DNA of 64,000 bases from Octopus bimaculoides (GCF_001194135.2 NC_068981.1:79271689-79335688), one strand, 5' to 3'. Counted from the first letter of the stretch, positions 38,376-52,099 are shown. The notes: generated from the letters alone by a model not told the origin. Program-made: numbers and translations.

Positions 38376-38974
38376 GTATTTCTTACCATTATTACTTTTC
38401 AAAGTAATCTAACTTTATATACTTCACTTTTATTGTACTTCTTTTCTAAACAAACTTTGGTAGTATTTTTGATGAAATACTTCCTTTTAAGGATCTTGTA
38501 TTTTCTTCTGTTTCATTTCTATTGGTTTTGGGCTCAATGACTACTTTATTAATAAGTAACTACAACCCTGGTATTACATTTGGCTCACAGGCAAAACACA
38601 ACTTCAGTTACTTTACACAACATGGAGTAATATAATGTGGCAAGTCCTTTTAAAGCCATTAATACAAATACCAGCAATATACAAAAGTTAATCTGTCAGT
38701 TGTATCTCTGTTCTGCAATGATGACTTTATACTTAATCATTAACATCATTGATTTTTGCATTTGTGTTTTTCATGCTTGCATAAGTTAGATGTAACTTAT
38801 TGAGATAACTTTCTATGGTCAGATGCCCTTTCTGATACTAGCTCTTGTTTTGAAGAATTTATTTCATAGTACATTGAAACTGCTGAACTACCAAACATTT
38901 TGTTCTAGAGAGACATAAAATATCACTGCTACTCAAAGCAATGACACACACAGAGACAAATTCACATACCTTCA

Positions 38975-39005
<31 letters not shown>

Positions 39006-39015
39006 TTACAACAAT

Positions 39016-39240
39016 CAGATGTAGAGTGCAAGAGAGTAGACTGTGCTGGTATGGTCATGTGATGCGTATAGACGAGGACAGCCGTGTAAAGAAGTGCTGC
39101 TCTCTAGTTGTGGAAGATGTAGAATGAGATGGTGAAATATGATCTTTGGTTGTTGAATCTCATGGAAACAATGACAAGTGACCAAGACTCCTGGCAATTT
39201 ACTGTGCTTGGGAAGACATGTCAAGCTAAGTGAAATTGTA
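39016..39240 (+). mobile_element. RTE LINE 3' fragment in CLNS1A intron 5
   Basis: Translates to IRCRVQESRLCWYGHVMRIDEDSRVKKC, matching the RTE RL.W.GHV.R motif. Confidence 0.75.
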
Positions 39241-40420
39241 GTCATGGCCTAGAGCCAGTGACACATTAAAGGCACCCATGCCAGTGACACATCGAAGATA
39301 CTCAGTACACTCTCAAGAGTCGTTGGCATTCGGAAGGGCATCCAGCTGTAGCAACCAAACCAAAACAGACTGGAGTGTGATGCAGCTCTCCGGCTTATCA
39401 GGGCCAGTCAAACCATCCAACCCATGCCAGTATGAAAGCAGATGCTAATTGATGATGATGATGCAGATATATATATAATCATCATCATTTAATGTCCATT
39501 GTGTTTAATATTTAAATTGGTCTCTCGAATTACACCTCTGATTTAATAGATATTTAAAGTGTGAAGATACATGGCTCAGTGGTTAGAGTGTCAGGCTCAC
39601 AATCATGAGGTGGTGAGTTTGATTCCTGGACCGGGCTGTGTGTTGTGTTTTTGAGCAAGGCATTTTATTTCACGTTGCTCCAGTTCATTCAAGTGTAAAA
39701 ATGGGTTGCAATGTCACTGGTGCCAAGCTGTATTGGTCTTTGCCTTTCCCTTGGATAACATCAGTGGCATGGAGAGAGGAGGCTGGTATGCATGGGCAAC
39801 TGGTCTTCCATAAACAACCTTGCCTGGACTTGTGCCTCAGAGGGTAACTTTCTAGGTGCAATCCCAAGGTTATTCATGACCGAAGGGGGTCTTTACCCCT
39901 TTACCCTATTTAAGCAGTGTCTTAGTGGATAGTTAATGGGTTGGATGTGGTGCTGGAGAAGAAGCAATAACTCCTGACATATGCTTATAGACCCATTACC
40001 TATTTTCTGTCTTTGATTGCATTGCTTACATAGACATATTTGTATACGAAATGTCGTAACTTTCAGTACTGGCTATAAATTCTATAGAAAATCCATAGAG
40101 ATACATTTAAAAATGAAAACAACGCACTGCTAACACTAAAGTAGGATACAGTTGTTGACTTATAAACCTTTAATATATTTGTTAGTATATTCTTTTCTAC
40201 TCTAGGTACAAGGCCTGAAATTTTTGGGAAGGCGGGGCCAGTCAATTAGATCAACCCCAATATGCAACTGGTACTTAATTTATCGACCCCCGAAAGAATG
40301 AAAGGCAAAGTCAACCTCAGCAGAATTTGAACTTAGAACATAAAGACAGACGAAATACATATTTGGGGTAGCGTTTTATGGTTGCAAAAACAAAATACGG
40401 TGTCCCTACCAGCAATTAAT

Positions 40421-40451
<31 letters not shown>

Positions 40452-41198
40452 NNNNNNNNNNNNNNNNNNNNNNNNNNNNNNNNNNNNNNNNNNNNNNNNN
40501 NNNNNNNNNNNNNNNNNNNNNNNNNNNNNNNNNNNNNNNNNNNNNNNNNNNNNNNNNNNNNNNNNNNNNNNNNNNNNNNNNNNNNNNNNNNNNNNNNNNN
40601 NNNNNNNNNNNNNNNNNNNNNNNNNNNNNNNNNNNNNNNNNNNNNNNNNNNNNNNNNNNNNNNNNNNNNNNNNNNNNNNNNNNNNNNNNNNNNNNNNNNN
40701 NNNNNNNNNNNNNNNNNNNNNNNNNNNNNNNNNNNNNNNNNNNNNNNNNNNNNNNNNNNNNNNNNNNNNNNNNNNNNNNNNNNNNNNNNNNNNNNNNNNN
40801 NNNNNNNNNNCCCCATTACAAGCCCCAGTTTTCTATTGTAAACATTTGACAACTAATTCCCCTAATCCTTCAACATTCAGAATACTTTGTCAAATGTAAT
40901 ATTTATTTATTCACATTGTTTTGAATTAATCATGTATTAGCTTCAAGATTTCAATAGTGTGATTGTATATTTTTAGAATGACATTGTAGAATAGGTATGA
41001 AAAGCCAGATCTGGCCAATTTGAACATAGAACAGGTAGAATGTTTTGGTTGGATTTGGCCTGTTTAAATGCTAAAGGGTTAAGGAATGCATGAATGTTAC
41101 CATATTATCTTCTTTTATAAATCTCAAACATTGAACCAAGAGAAAGCTAATCTGTCAATATTTCTTAATTTAATGTTCTTTTCTTCATTATTTTTTAG

Positions 41199-41260
41199 AA
41201 GAAAATCAAAATGAAGAACAACCAATGGAATCTGGTCAGTTTGATGATGCAGATATTTGA
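41199..41260 (+). CDS. CLNS1A: pICln exon 6 (terminal)
   Basis: Acceptor TTTTTTAG. Reads (E)ENQNEEQPMESGQFDDADI*, matching the conserved GQF(E/D)DAD C-terminus. Total CDS is 119+140+90+102+135+62 = 648 nt, or 215 aa plus stop. Confidence 0.93.
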
Positions 41261-41416
41261 AAATTTATTCATTTGGTCAACTCATGAACACATTTCTCTA
41301 AATTCCCATTAACATTGCTACAATTCATTAAAGAAAACACTATCAATGGACTTACATCTGCCAAAATTTTTTTAATATTTTTTTTAACCATGACCATCCT
41401 TTTCAAAGATTCATTA

Positions 41417-41426
41417 AATAAATAAA
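41417..41426 (+). promoter_or_regulatory. Candidate polyadenylation signal for CLNS1A
   Basis: Overlapping AATAAATAAA about 160 nt after the stop; the region is AT-rich, so specificity is low. Confidence 0.4.
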
Positions 41427-43709
41427 TTTATTAAAACAAATATGGGAAATATTTTTATTGTAATGCAAAACTGTGAGGCTGTTTACAATAGTCATAAAAA
41501 TTTATTGGTATAGAAGTTACAGTGAACTCACTGACCAAACATATTATATAACTGTCCTTTCTTTCTGTGTTGGCAAAAATTGGTAGGTCAATAATACATA
41601 AAATTATTGCTTATATCAAGCCTGTATCACTGACTTGGACAAGCTGTAATGAGAAGCTGGCCTTATGAAACATGGCTGGCTGCACTAGTCAAAAACACTG
41701 AAGGTAATTTTTTTTCATTTGGCATGCCATTCAGAACTCCCTGCAGATCACTGGTTGCTTATGACAGCTGTATTATCTCATGACATATGACTTCTCTACT
41801 TCTTTCCATTTATTTCTCAGTCTCACTCAATCACAAGTGCCTCCCTAATGTTATATGATGTTCCTGACAATGATAGATGTCTCACTTCATTTCATAGAAA
41901 CTCAACACAAATGTCTGGAAATAGCATGATAATAATTGTGATCTCAGGGCATGCATATTAGATCATGCTCGGAATATTGTAGATTACTTTGTTTCTGTAA
42001 CCAGCAAAAACCCTTTGATTTCATTGTTAACATTTGGAAGATGAAACTACTCCATTAATTAGACGCAGCTGAAATACTAATCAATCTATAATTCTCAATA
42101 ATCAATTAAAGTTCCTTGTTTACTACTTTACTATTATAAGCAACATTACATTACTTTATAACAAGCTATTTTGTGAATGGTTAAAGCCATCTTAGCATTT
42201 GTAGGCTATATCATTACACAGCCATGATCTGATCTAAAAGACTATAATGCTTACAGTGAGCATATATGGAATATAAATTTGGATAGAATACAAGAGACAA
42301 ATCAAAATTTTTGACTACTCGTGCATGTTGCTTTTGGTAGCTCAGAAAGAAAGTAAGACATTAACATCCAGTATAAACTTTCAGCTCAAGTTCAAATAAG
42401 TCAGCCATGTTTTTTATTTTTAGTCTGGAGGAAAGCACACTGACCATAAATCTTGCAGGACTCCTGAGACCATTGAGCCTGATGCCATTAAAGCTCTGTT
42501 TAAACAGATGCCAGTCAACACCTGCTGGAGGGTTGTTAGCTGGGAGAAGATTCTAGAGATCTGAAATTCTGGAGAAAGGACTGAGCATGGTTGTTGGGGT
42601 GGAAAAATGAGTGAATCAGGAAGTGCTTGAGTGGAGGAAGTATGAGACCAACCAGCTCCAAAGAACACTAGACATTAAAGTAGCAATAGAAAAAAAGGGA
42701 GAGGAGACAGCATGCTTATGGGCCAGAGACTGGAGAATATCTGTTAGAGATTTAATGCCAGGTATCTCATTCCTGATATACCGAGATACATTATGCGCAA
42801 CAGATATCCCACCTATTCTGTTTCAATGGAAACTGAAAAAAAGAACATGAAGATGAATGCTAACTCCAGATTCCTCTTTAACCAGGAGGAAAATGCTTGC
42901 CTTGGCTCAAAGAGTTGTGATATATAGCAGTGGATGTAGAGCATCATGTTGTGTAAAAAGATACTAATTTAATAGAATAATACGTAGATGATGTGCATGC
43001 AGCTTGAGTTTAGATTCTCTGTCAATGTCCCAAAATACAGCAGTTGTAAGGTTACAACACTGAGTTATACGATCAAGGATTCAACATTTACTCAAGTTAT
43101 TTATTGTATGTTCTAAAAGACATATTACTATGCTTTGTTGAGAGACATTATTTTACTTCACATTTAACAGAAGAAATGGAAACTGAAGACACTTTCTTTA
43201 GTCTTACAGAAATGTCTTAAAATGTACTGTTGTTAATATTTTGTTCATGCTGAAATGAGTGAGATAATTTTGTCATTGTAAATTTATATGTTAAAACAAC
43301 ATTCTTATCTGAATGACCCTTTTAATCTTTCATCCATAAAAAAGAGTGGTGTTCAACCTCACAGATGAATGAACCAGAGTTGTATAATGTTTTGAACTTA
43401 ACACTAAATTATAAATAGTTTGTAACCATTATGCTTTAGATTCATATTTAAACATGTTTATTTCTTTTTAAACTTGCTTATTACACCACAGATGTAAATG
43501 ACATAGTCATTGCATAATGTTATAATGACTCAGTTTATAGATAGTGTGATGTTCATCTATTTTTAAGACAGTCAGTAATGTTTTTAAAATGTCCTTACAG
43601 AGCAATATTACTAATCTAGTGGTGATAAAATTCGTAAAAGTCAAAAGTAAATTCCAAATGAATTGTCAGCTGAAAGATTCTTTAGTTTTGTCAAAGACCT
43701 GGCAAAACC

Positions 43710-45600
43710 TCTCAGGTGGTGGTTCTATGATAAAATGCTTCTAGTACACTCTGTAAAGTGGTTGGTTGAAAGGAAAAGCATGTAGCCTTTGAAACTAAAC
43801 AAAAAATTGAACATGAGTGAGATGTGGTTCTTGGATCCATTTAGGAGGGTAGTAGTAACTCCAAATAACAACTGGCTTGGACTGTGACAATGTAAGCCTG
43901 CAGGAAGAGCAGACAAAGTCATTCCACTTTACTTACAGTGCTGACGTCCCTGCATAAAGTATAAACACCTCAACATCTTATCTTCCTTATCTTAAAAGAT
44001 CTGTAACACACTGACAAAGCTGAGAAATTCCCTCACTTTATGCAGTGTCGTGGGTGTAGGAGAATCTTGTATATATATCATTAGACAGCGTTCCGCCAGT
44101 AGACAGATTCTATCTTTGTTCACCATTTAGTCAAAGAAGGACAAAAATGATGCACTAAAAAGGCACTTACTGAGATATATGACTATGCCTTGCATCATTA
44201 ATCGCTTGAGGAATAAACAGGCATTTTTTGTATATCCTTTGCTGTAGAGACAAATAGATTATTGAGGTATGCATAGATAAAAAGTAACTTTGGATGACAT
44301 AATCAACCAGTCTTTGAAATGTCTGTGCAGAAAGCAGAGAGCATCCACAAAAATTCATAGAGGCCAAAAGGCTTTTTGATTACTTTCTTGTGGATATCAT
44401 CTGATTCCACTAAGATCTGGTTGTGTGCCTTGATAGCCTTATCTTTAAAAAAAATGCACCATTTGTGGAGGAAGAAAAATCCTGCAAATGGAATATCATA
44501 ATAATATGGAGGGTGCTAGCGTTCAGTGTACAATGATCGTTACTAGGATGCTAGTCACCTGGCAGATTTTTAACCAAATATAATAGTAATGGTAATAAAT
44601 CCCTCTTGGAAGGTTTTATTCCTAGTTTAAGCATATGATCAAATTCTGACTTGGCAGTCTTCATCCAATCTGGAACAAGATGATATGGTTTAGCTGACAC
44701 TGGTAATCCTGGTATTTTGCCATGTTAAATACTTTGCTGTTGTTATATGCTGGACTTGCAATATCTGAGTGATTGTGAAGAAGTGTGTTATACCTTGTTG
44801 AAGATGTCCTCATTAACATCAGACTAGCAGAAGCGTTATGTAAGGTAACCCCTTTTACAGTAAAATTGGTAGCTGAGTAAATAATAATACTTAATATCCA
44901 TTAACAGACTGAGGTGACAAAGAAATCAACTCTAGTGACGAATTTAAGCAACCATGTGATGAGAATCCATCTGAAGACCCACCAGAGTCCAAGATGGGGT
45001 TTTTGCCGTTAGTAGTTATGGAGATATGGTTGACAGCCTGAGATAGACAAGCTTTTAAGTGTTCACTAAGACGAACACTTCTGATTTGGTGTGCTGGTCT
45101 TATCATTCACATAAAATAGGCATTATCTGAAACAACTTTGGATAGAGTTGTTCCCACTAATTTCGGGAATGCTTCCCTTATTTGGACAAGGATATGTCTG
45201 TAGCATATGTACAAGGGCTGACGCAGTGATCAGTAGGATTACTAAATTCCCAATGATACCAGTGCTATCATTTCTTTTAACTATGGGAATTGGGTGAGTG
45301 TAGCTGCATTCTTAGCTACAAACACATCCTTCTACAGCCATGGAAAGAACTACTTCCTCTGTTGCTTCTGATGCTGTTCTGTTGTGAGAGCCTGCCCTGA
45401 AGTCTCAAGGTTTCTACTTGGTTGTCTAAGTATCATCTAAGTATGTAGTGAATGAGATGGTACTAGTATATTTGGTTAAACATGGCTATAAACGATATGG
45501 TGAAGTGGTTTCTATGATCCTATCTGCCAATTCAGTCAATGAGCTGATAGTAGACAGCATCCGAAGTTGTACATTCGTTGGGATTCATGGAAGGAATATT
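43710..45600 (-). mobile_element. Ty3/Gypsy pol remnant (protease-RT-RNase H region), heavily decayed
   Basis: Minus-strand pieces read PVSAKPYHLVPDWMKTAKSEFDHMLKLGI, LNASTL..IPFAGFFFL, KPFGLYEFLWM, SAQTFQRLVDYV and DSPTPTTLHKVREFL, in Gypsy RT order. Confidence 0.8.
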
Positions 45601-45625
45601 TCTTTCAATATGGTATCTTCTAAGT

Positions 45626-45924
45626 CAGTGGTTCTTAACCTGGCAGTGGGTGGGGGTGCGTCAGTAATTTCCAACGGGGGTGTGAGCCCATGAGAAAAAG
45701 CAGGAATTTTTCTAATTATATGAGAAGTTTATGAAAAAATGCAAAAGTATCGCCTTTTACTTTTCTTATTCTACTACCTTAGCGCTGCTTACCATTTTCT
45801 GTACTTATTGACCCCCCGCTTCATACCCCTGAAAACCCTCACTAATTCTGAATTGTAGCTTTAACATTTGCCTTTATTTTGTAATTTTTTTTTTTTGTTA
45901 CAAGACTCAGGTTAAGAATCACTG
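45626..45924. mobile_element. hAT-type MITE
   Basis: TIRs CAGTGGTTCTTAACCTG / CAGGTTAAGAATCACTG; TSD not evident. Confidence 0.65.
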
Positions 45925-47129
45925 GTATAAAGCTTAGATATTATTATCATGTAAAGACAAGCATCTTTTTCAATTAATAGATTATAAACAAGTTTAATCC
46001 ACAGTTTTCATATATATAAAATAATGTGATTCTTAAAAATCAAGAGACATGCTGAAATATTATCAAATCATTATAGTAACATACCAAGAAATATTAACTG
46101 AATTTAAAAAATTGAAAATTATTTAAAAATTTTAGCAAGATGAAAAGTATGATATATTTAAAAATAGGAAATAAACCAAAGAGTATGTAATAGGTTGAGT
46201 TTAATAAAGTCTCAAAAATATTAAAACACATTGGAAAAATGCAAAATTTTTAACAAAATCAAAATTTTTAATATTAAATGTTTATGTTAAAAATATAGTA
46301 AATTTTTTGTAAGAAAAAAGTAATATAAAGCCAAATGTTAAACTAAAATTCAGATTTAAATATTACAGAAAGTACTAGGTAAAACTAAAATCTATGCAAA
46401 ATCTTTTCTTTTTTTAAAGAAACTTTTTTATATTTTTGTGCAAATAAACACAATATTTCATTACTCTTTTACTTGTTTCAGTCATTTGACTGCGGCCATG
46501 CTGGAGCACCGCCTTTAGTCGAGCAAATCGACCCCAGGACATACTCTTTGTAAGCCTAGTACTTATTCTATCGGTCTCTTTTGCTGAACCACTAAGTTAC
46601 GAGGACGTAAACACACCAGCATCAGTTGTCAAGCGATGTTAGGGGGACAAACACAAACACACATATATATATATACATATACATATATACGACGGGCTTC
46701 TTTCAGTTTCCATCTACCAAATCCACTCACAAGGCTTTGGTCAGCCTGAGGCTATTGTAGAAGACACTTGCCCAAGGTGCCACGCAGTAGGACTGAACCC
46801 AGAACCATGTGGTTGGTAAGCAAGCTACTTACCACACAGCCACTCCTGCGCCTATTGTACAAATTTTTCATATAATTTTTCTTTTAATTTAACTTTTATT
46901 CCAAATATTATTGTTTTAATCTTTTTCAGAACATTTTACTCTAAGCGTTCTAGCTTGGGCCTTGACATTACCTCACACATGCCTTATCTTTTGTTCACAT
47001 ATTTGTGTTGTCCACTGCACATATTTGTGTTGTCCACTGCACATCAAATAATTTGCAATGAGTGCAAAGAAATGAAAGTATCTTGACGAATATATTTGAT
47101 TTGGATTTGTGACCCTTCAAAAGGATGAC

Positions 47130-47300
47130 ACAGAAGTCCTCTAGTGTGTGATATGTTACAAAACTTTGAGCAATGATGGAATGCGACCCTCACGCTTGGA
47201 ACACCACTTGAGGACAACACATCCTGCTCTTGCTGACAAGCCCAAGGCATTCTTTGAAACAAAAAAACACTGCTTGAAGCAAGCTAAGTTGGACAGTAGT
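47130..47300 (+). mobile_element. hAT Buster-like transposase N-terminal (BED finger) fragment
   Basis: Translates to ICYKTLSNDGMRPSRLEHHLRTTHPALADKPKAFFETKKHCLKQAKLD. Confidence 0.75.
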
Positions 47301-47307
47301 TGTTATC

Positions 47308-47338
<31 letters not shown>

Positions 47339-47501
47339 TCTCACTGCCTGGAATCAAACTCAGAATCTTGGGGTTAGTAGCTCACGCTCTTAACCACTAC
47401 TGGCATATGGCGTAGTGGTTTAGAGGGCGGGCTACTAACCCCAAGATCCCGAGTTTGATTCCAGGCAGTGACCTGAATAATAATAATAATAATAATAATA
47501 A
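47308..47501. repeat. Head-to-head inverted pair of a short tRNA-derived SINE with (AAT)n tails
   Basis: (ATT)n-CAGGTCTCACTGCCTGGAATCAAACTC..GGGGTTAGTAGC..AACCACTAC, an ~11-nt spacer, then GTAGTGGTT..GCTACTAACCCC..GAGTTTGATTCCAGGCAGTGACCTG-(AAT)n. Confidence 0.85.
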
Positions 47502-49049
47502 CATCAAAAAATACTTTCAGAATGAGAACCCAAGTTCCAAATTTCCCCAAAACACCTGATAAAGGTTGGAGGGTATATCAACCGAAACGTGTTAACAACA
47601 AACAAGATGAGGATGAATATCCGTCAAATGTAAATAATGTAAAATAAATTGTGCTCTTCAATAGTTTTGTCAATGATATTGCATTGTTGAAATAAGCGCC
47701 TGTAATTATACAAGCCATTGTAACAAGATGGGAAATTAAACAGTTATTATATTCACTTTGGAAAGTATGTTCTTGTGCGTGTAAACACGTCAGTTGTTCG
47801 TCCAGATGACAAAATGTTGCTGAATTAATGTTGATCAGAAAACAGCATTCATACAGTTATGGGGTTTCTACCTCACTTCACAACCACTACACAACTCATT
47901 GGATATTTTAGATTTGCAACTAAGTACCAAATCTAACTACCTTGATGTTTATTAAGAAATTACCTCATGTCTCGCTACACCATCATATTTTTTCACATTA
48001 AAGGTTACCCTTGTAAACTAGAATAAGCATCAATCGCTTTGCAATATACTGTATCTTTTGTCGTCATTGTAAAAATCTGGAAGTATCTTGCTTTGAAATC
48101 CAGTTTGCTGAGATTTTTGTGAGAAATAGAACACACAAGATTTTCAATGTTAGGAAGTGGGCATGTTAAAAAAAATGATTTATTGTTTGTAAATAGTTGA
48201 TAAGAAGGCGTCGTCTGAAGCAGTTTATGACAACTACTATTCACGGGCTTGCCAAACCACTTAGTCTCTTTTTAATATGCATTTTATCAAGAGGAGAAAA
48301 GCAAAGAAATTTCGTCTACTGGTACAGTGGATAAAAGCAAGAAACATTACAAGTTCTGTCAATTATTGTTCATCTATCGTTTTGATAATTCAGCTTGGAT
48401 TGTCATTGGTTGCATGGGCTCCGTTATATATCAATTCTCCTGTGAAAACAGCAGGATCTGCAAACTCGCCTCAATGCAAACTCTCATCCCTCTATAATTT
48501 GTCGCACCAATTTATGGGGAAAAAAAAAGAGGCTCCAGGACACATATTGGCTATAAATGTGTTGATGGTGCTTCTCAGATTTTATAATAATAATCAAATC
48601 ATCATCATCATCATTATTATCAAGGCGGTGAGCTGGCAGAATCGTTAACACGCTTTACTAAGTAGGAGGAAAGAAACTGGAAGACGACACTTCCCATGCC
48701 TTGGGGGTAGCAGAGTAATCTGGGACTTTTGCATGGAGTTTACCCCGAGTTACCCAAAGTGGACTGCCCCACTATTGGAGATTCTGTTCATTATTTATTT
48801 CTCTAACTTCTATTTACATATCTTATGTTATATCCTTTAATGTTGTAGTGTCTCCTTTGATCAATGTAAACCCCACTTGTTTTTGTATGTTGTATCCTGT
48901 CCTTTGATATTGTCTTCCATGTCTTGGGTCCTTGCAGTCAATAAAAGAAATCATCGTCATTATTATCAATGATATTAATATGCTAACTTTTTGTTTTTGT
49001 ACATACCTGTTGTGTGCGTCACACTTACTTCAAAGAAGTGACAAAGCGA

Positions 49050-49300
49050 GAGAGAGGAGGACAGGAAAGAAGTAAGAGAGAGAGTGAAAGAGACAGTGAG
49101 TGGTAACGGCATTCGTTTTGTCTTTTTAAATGTTTCAGAGAGAAAGTAAGAGAGAAAGAGTGAAAGAGACGGTGAGTAGTGACGGCGTTCGTTTTGTGTT
49201 TTTAAATGTTTCAGAGAGGAAGTAAGAGAGAGAGAGAAAAAAGTGAGAGTGAAAGAGACAGTGAGTGGTGACGGTGTTCGTTTTGTGTTTTTAAATGTTT
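49050..49300. repeat. Three-copy minisatellite (~80-95 bp unit)
   Basis: AAGTAAGAGAGA..GTGAAAGAGACAGTGAGTGGT(A/G)ACGG..TTCGTTTTGT.TTTTTAAATGTTT occurs three times. Confidence 0.85.
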
Positions 49301-50161
49301 ATCACTTTGCAAGAGAAGTAGATACATAGATACATATACACATTGTTAAATCAAAAGCAGGCGAGAATAAGGACACAAAGGAAGTGAAAGAGAAAGTGAG
49401 AGACAGTAGATACATAAACCCAAAGAAAAGTTCATACAGATACATACACACAGCAAATATTGGATGTCAATTTCACTTTTTATTACCACACGAGGATAAA
49501 ATTAACTCATAAATAGCTGAGTATTCCACAGACATGCATAACATTAACGTAGTTCTCAGGGAGGTCCAGCCTCACACAGAATATGACAAGGCTGGCCCCT
49601 TTGAATTACAGCTACAACTCGAGACATGTATATATGAATGTATTTGTGTGTGTGTATAGTTTAGGTTAGTTAAAACATGTTTGCAATAATAAGTGTCACG
49701 TGGTGGAAGTAAACACAATTACCAAACTTGCATTCATAAATCCATTTATTATTTCGTTCATTTGCATTTCAATTTGTACATTAAGGCTCTTTGAATATGT
49801 ACAATGTATTTTAAGGTTGAATAGTAATTCCGCTTACGTTTGTGTAACAGATATTTTGGTTGGCTGATATAGTCATTAGTGTTACATTACTTACTGTATT
49901 CTGTAACTGTCACAATATATTTTTCTAGGCCTGAATTTTTTGTGGGGAGGGGGCCAGTTGATTAGATCGACCCCAGTACACAACTGGTACTTAATTTATC
50001 GACTCCGAAAGGACAAAAGGCAAAGTTGACCTTGGCAGAATTTGAAATCAGAACGTAAAGACAGACAGTCATAATATACAAACATTTTTCATAGCACCAG
50101 TACACTCTTTACAGACGCTTACACATTTTTGTTTTCCATGAATTTTTCTCCAGTCCAGGTA

Positions 50162-50194
<33 letters not shown>

Positions 50195-51773
50195 TATTAG
50201 GACACACAACGAAAGGCAAGCTTGATCCAAAAATGACAGGTTGAGCTGTCTGTTTTATCAATAGAATATTAAATGGTTGAGAAACTTGATCTCAAACAAT
50301 TTGTTCGCACGTTTAGTTTACAAATATACTAAAACTAGTTAAGTAAAATTTTAATAGAATCACTAACGTAACTGGGGGAGGGGAGGCACTTTTCATCCTG
50401 CTGTAGGCAATATGTTTTTTATGGTGTCTGGGGGCAGCAATACGGAAGGGCCGCCCCAAGCGGCACACACTCTAGCTACGCTAGTGGATAAAACTGAACT
50501 TTATAGGCCAGGATATAAATATGACAATTTTTATAGTTTTATTTTTAAAGTAATCAATTCAAATATAAAGTATAGTCCTCTAGCTAGCTTCTTTAATCTA
50601 TTATTACAACACTGCAAAAAAATCAATGTGGGCCCAATATGATTGAATGGCTCAGGAGCTTGCTTCATAGTTATGAAGTCCAAATTTCAATTCATCATCA
50701 TGGTAGCTTAGGCAAGTATCATCTTTTTCACTAGCTTCAGTAATAGCCATACTTTGGGAGTGAAATTGGGTAGATCGCAATCGGATGGATTGTACCTTTA
50801 ATTCAATCGTTCAGCTTTGTCAAATTGCGTCATGCTGATTCCGCCTGAGAATTACATTAAGGGGACACATGTCTTCGGGATAGTTAGCCACATACACACC
50901 AGTTCAATAAGCCAAATAGTTTAGTCGACCAAACAACTAAACGCTCAAGGTGGAAAATATTCTGACCTAGATCCATTTATTATTTAAATAGGTAGTAAGG
51001 TGGGGAGCTGGCAGAATCGTTAAGCATGCTGGGGGAAATGCTTAGTGGCGTTTCATCCGTTTTCATGCTCTGAGTTTAAATTCCGTCGAGGTCGACTTTG
51101 CCTTTCATCCTTTCGGAGTCAATAAATTAAGTACCAGTCAAGTACTGGGGTCAATGTGATCGACCATTTCCATGCCCTCAAATTCCAGGCCTTGTGCCTA
51201 TAGTAGAAAAGATTATTAAAAAAGGCAGTGGATTGACAAAATCGTTAGAGCGTAATTTACGTTCTAAGTTCAATCCTATCAAAGACAATTGCGTCTTCAA
51301 AATCAGTAACTCGGTTTTGGAATGCATAAGGAATATATATATGTATATATATATATATGTAGGACAGACTTCTTTCGAACTGAAAGTATTATCTCATATT
51401 ACAATAGAGAGGTAATACTGAAATATTGTAAGAGATAAGAGATTGCTCTGGGCTCGCATTAGGCAAGAAGTTGGAAATTTATTTGGCCCATGACAATGCT
51501 TTTGTATTTAACGACTGTTGCTTTAAGTATTTTATTTCGATTTTCACTGGCGTAGTGGTAAGAACAAGGGGATATGTAACAGTAGTTTCGAATAAAAATA
51601 AAAATGGAAGGCGCAGGAGTGGCTGTGTGGAAAGTAGCTTGCTTACCAACCACATAGTTCCGGGTTCATTCCCACTGTGTGGCACCTTGGGCAAGTGTCT
51701 TCTACTATAGCCTCGGGCCGACCAAAGCCTTGTGAGTGGATTTGGTAGACGGAAACTGAAGAAGCCTGTCGTA

Positions 51774-51832
<59 letters not shown>

Positions 51833-52099
51833 CTGTGTGTGTGTGTCTGTGTTTGTCCCCCAACATCGCTTGACAACCGATGGTGGTGTATTTACGTCCC
51901 CATAACTTAGCGGTTCGGCAAAAGAGACCGATAGAATAAGTACTAGGCATCCAAAGAATAAGTCCTGGCATCGATTTACTCGACTAAAGGCGATGCTCCA
52001 GCATGGCCACAGTCAAATGACTGAAACAAGTAAAAGAATAAAAGAATCCGAAGGACAGACAAACATTACAAAAATAGCGATTCTCACTTTGAAACTGAC

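Noticed and set aside
47408-47474. Functional tRNA gene
   Set aside because: There is no complete acceptor stem, it has an (AAT)n tail, and it is paired with an inverted diverged copy, all typical of a SINE.
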